From contig KZ538231.1 of assembly GCA_000934665.2 (NCBI GenBank), positions 62,001 through 98,719 on the forward strand: a DNA stretch of 36,719 bases. Reading direction: 5' to 3'. Source of the stretch: Catajapyx aquilonaris (taxonomy: Eukaryota). The notes beneath the pieces were generated by a model that worked only from the letters and a program-made list of their open reading frames with translations, was not told the DNA's origin and did not search any database. This document shows positions 33,076-36,719 of the stretch, in pieces. Position 1 is the stretch's first letter. Each line of letters begins with the position of its first letter. The translations under genes and the position numbers were made by a program.

Positions 33076-36000
33076 GTAATTCATATACTTACATAATATG
33101 TCATGTACTCTGATATCTCTTAGCACCACAACAATCCCGCCCCTAATTTGGCAACCCCCAGATTCATATAATACAAAAAAAAAAGTAAAATGCAAACGGC
33201 GAAGTCTACATCACGACTGCACGGACCAATATACAGTATAATCAAGCCATCACTTGAGGTTTGAGGCAGTGAGGGCGTGTATGTGTGCAGGGTGATTGGG
33301 TACTAAGATACCGAGGCTGGAAAAACTAGCGCACCAGATATAATTTTACACATCCGAGGTGGTTTAATTAGTCCTTCGAAGTCCCATGCGCCCCACTCTA
33401 ATTACATAATAACCACCCTTGGCGCGCTCACCTTTCCAGATCCCTAGAATGTTTGTCCTCGTAATTACCCCAGGCCGATCTTTGCTATTGGTCCATACCT
33501 ACAGCTTTTTTCCGGGGTTTTTCCTCCTTTCTCTAGCCGTAAATCACATCAGGGTCCAACCCTATCGCAAAAGGGAGGTGTCCTCACCTGCACGCCCACA
33601 ACAGGTGGGATAACCTTAAAAAAAATCAACATATCAGATCTAACCCAAATTACATACCCACGATTAATCAAGCCGATTCTAATTCATCACCATTATTTCT
33701 AAACAGGAATAAATATATCTCTGATCAGCATCTGTACCAACCCTCACACAAAAAAAGGTAAGTTTGCACACGTGGCTCGACAACTTGTTAGCAAGGGTGT
33801 AGATGGGGATGTATTCAATCCTTGTCAGCGATCAGCGTGCGCTTTTCCTTCACACAGTTGAAAAACAAATGGACGCCGGTTAGGACAACAATGAGAAAAA
33901 TTGCCCTCTCAATCCTCCCTCCTTTTCAATTTCCAAACTTCTTTTTTGGGGTATTTTTATTTTTCTGCGATCCCCCTGTCCCTGTTGCTGAGATAAGCAG
34001 TTAGAGGGGAATCCTCCCCTTGGTATGTATACGCTTAGTGTCCAAAGTTTGTCCGACCAGAATTTGTATAGGAAGAAGAGAGGGGGGCCACCCACACATT
34101 TTCTTCCAGAATCTGTTTTCCATTCGCGGTGGTCGTCCTGTAAAAAAAAGAATGTAATCGTGGAATCCATGCAAACGCATTTATTTGTATTAGGCCCCGG
34201 AAAAGGTTAGCGTAGACACCAAGTGAGATATGAGGTTCTAGGGGAACGGACAGAAAACGGCCGATTTGCAAACGAATTGCTTGAAACCGGAGTTAAAAAC
34301 GGCAAATAACAATCACATGGAAGTTTCTGAGACTGTTCCGTTTCTTTTTTGGGGGTTTTTTTTCAGGGGGTGGTCTCCCTCCTACCGATAGCCTTGCTCA
34401 TCTATCTTGCAAGATTCGGACGTGCCGTTGTTTCGAATGAGGCTGACCCAAGCCAGATTACGGTGGCTTCGCGCCGCTCGGGACAGCCAATCAGAAAAAA
34501 GGGAATGGAGGAAGTCAAGTCCCCCACCATTATTTTGACTTCTGCACTACGCATCGATACATCACTATATATGCAGGACAGTAAATCCTTATAAAAAATT
34601 TGCGATTAAGCAAAACCAGGCTGTCCCCGAGGTCAACCAGGGGTTGTCCTTTTGTTCATGCCGACGTCCATTTAATAATAATTAAAGTCTAGATTTTGCG
34701 AAACGATATTATCCAGTATGTGAGACACACTGGTCGTAATTTTTGTCGGTGGTCCTTTTGAAGAACAGATAAGACTACTTGAAATAACACTTTGGGTACC
34801 GCATCGTTGAACATGCAACAATGTGCTGAGGTTCCTTCACCCTGACGAAAGGGTCAACCTGGTCTCGAACTGCCCTTCGTCCCAATCACATCCTAGCATC
34901 TCTTCCTCTCTGGAAACTGCGCTCTAATCCCGCCACGTATTCCCTCCTCCAGCATAAAACCTTTTTCTCTCCTCCACCCCCCACCTCCCCTCCTTCTTCC
35001 AGCAGGACAACGCCGCGGACTCTCCTGGAATAATTAATCGAGCCACAGGCCCTCCCTCACTTCCATAGCAAACTCACTCATAAGGCATTCCCCACGTGNC
35101 CCCCCCTTGCTTTGCAATTTTTCTCATTTTTTTTATACTCCAGGAAGCTCCTTCAAAAAAATGGCCTCTCGGGTAGAGAGACACATACGAGCGCTAATAT
35201 ATCCTGGCTTCTCTTAATCAAGCCTGGTCGCTGCCGTCATTTGCGTATAATTAAGTCGATCTCGGGGAGAAACTGCGACGATAAGGCTCCCGGAAAACGG
35301 CTGGCTTCATCAAGCTAGCAATTTTTTACATTCGGGGAAAAAATTGCATTTACTATCAACAATTTTGCATATAAACGAGCTATCAAAATTGTAATTAATT
35401 TTTCAGTATCTGCTACTTTTAACAGCTAATTGGTGCTGATTGTCAACCACAGCCCGTGTGAACCCACTGAATTTGGTCTTAGGTATATCACTGCGAATGA
35501 CGGATAATATAACTACCCCTATCCTCCTGTTTTTTTTCCCAGCAATCAATAACCTTCTCAACTCTGCCCTTTTATACTGTATATGAACCAACCCACCCCT
35601 TATAAAAACGCATAATTGGAAACTGTGCGACACTTTCACATATGAGCATATCTACACCGTATTGAACCCTCTCTCTGAATGTAAATGGAGGGGACGACAA
35701 CTCATCTCCTGTCACAAAGTTAAAAAAATCTGCGCCCAACCCGACGGACGTGACGTAGCACCAGGGAATACAAAAAGTCACGAAATTGCTATTAGCACGA
35801 CACGCCATTGACAGGAAGGGATCTTGTCATCTGAGCGGCATATTATAATAGCGGAACAATATTTTATTTTAACAACTAGTGGGTGGCTTTTCCATCCTCC
35901 TTCTCGTCCCCTTTCCACCCACCCACCCCTTCTTCTTCTTCTAGTCCCCAGGGGTTGTCATGGAAACTCCAGTAGAAAAAAAGGGAAGGGGGGGGGGGAA

Positions 36001-36269
36001 TAGAAGGTATAGGACATAGTGAGGGGGGGCAAGGCGCGATAACTGCAAGAGGCCATCACGACTCGAAAAATTTAACAAGATTTTTCAGTTAGGGATAAGG
36101 GGTTGGGTGGAAGGGGATGGAAAAGAGTGGGGGGAGAGATCCGTCGTTAATATTCTCGAAGGTAAAGAACTGCGCACAATTGTTTCGTACAATACGAAAA
36201 ATCGTTATCGTAACGACTATTTGTATGAAAATCACGTGACTTGCAAGTAACAGTCAATATTGCGATAAG

Positions 36270-36350
36270 GCTTAATAAGCCGTCAGCATGTCTACATATT
36301 CATGCTGAAGTCGTCACTTTGGAGGTACCGAGTTCGATTCCTGGATCGGA
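36270..36350 (+). mobile_element. Degenerate tRNA-derived SINE head
   Basis: B-box GAGTTCGATTCC at 36330-36341, preceded by a TCAGCATG...CATGCTGA stem. A-box not clear; no tail or TSD seen. Confidence 0.35.
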
Positions 36351-36719
36351 TTCTCTTCGTGTTCGCATCGTTTTTCTCTGGATTTGGTGCCCCATCAAAA
36401 AAAAATGGCGGTTGACTTCTTCTTTTATGCCCTATGTATTACTCCGGCATTACAAGCCGTTCCTGGTGCTTAACAAGGTTTTATAAGTGCGGCAATTCGG
36501 AGGGATGAATTTGTCGAGGTTTTCTGTGTTTGGCAGACATAGGTCGTCATCGCAGCACGAGCCTCAAAAAGCCTGAAACCGACCCTTCGCCTTGGGTAAT
36601 CTGAATCTTTCCACTATCCCCTGTTCCCTCCCTCCCTCCCCCCCCTCCTTTTCTATCCCTCCTTCCCCGCACATAAAAATTCCCATCCAGCGTGTCTAGT
36701 TTGGGGCATTTTTTATGGT

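Noticed and set aside
20611..35099. Single N bases at 20611, 23846 and 35099
   Set aside because: All are adjacent to G/C homopolymers and are most likely sequencing or assembly ambiguities.
1..36719. The 60-186 aa ORFs in the supplied track as genes
   Set aside because: They are short, low-complexity, often start at non-ATG codons, overlap TEs or purine/pyrimidine tracts, and show no recognisable domains. The DNA is eukaryotic and non-coding in character.

Overview
This is eukaryotic (animal, possibly arthropod) non-coding DNA. I recognise no intact protein-coding gene, rRNA, tRNA gene or CRISPR array, and almost all ORFs in the track are short and spurious. The window has two domains. (1) About 720-9100 is AT-rich, visibly CpG-poor and packed with non-autonomous transposons: pogo/Tigger-like, Tc1/mariner-like, hAT, CACT-ended and Harbinger-like MITEs, plus a full-length tRNA-derived SINE with target-site duplication (TSD). 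It also holds a disrupted C2H2 zinc-finger coding remnant that may come from a large DNA-transposon transposase, two exon-like segments, and a CpG-island, TATA-type minus-strand promoter with a short first exon. (2) About 9100-36719 is CpG-richer, gene-desert or long-intron-like sequence with many purine/pyrimidine tracts and homeodomain/octamer motifs. It contains scattered MITEs, a degenerate (TTAGG)n array, a perfect 70-bp palindrome and a Helitron 5' fragment. Superfamily assignments rest on terminal motifs and TSDs read by eye; no database search was run.
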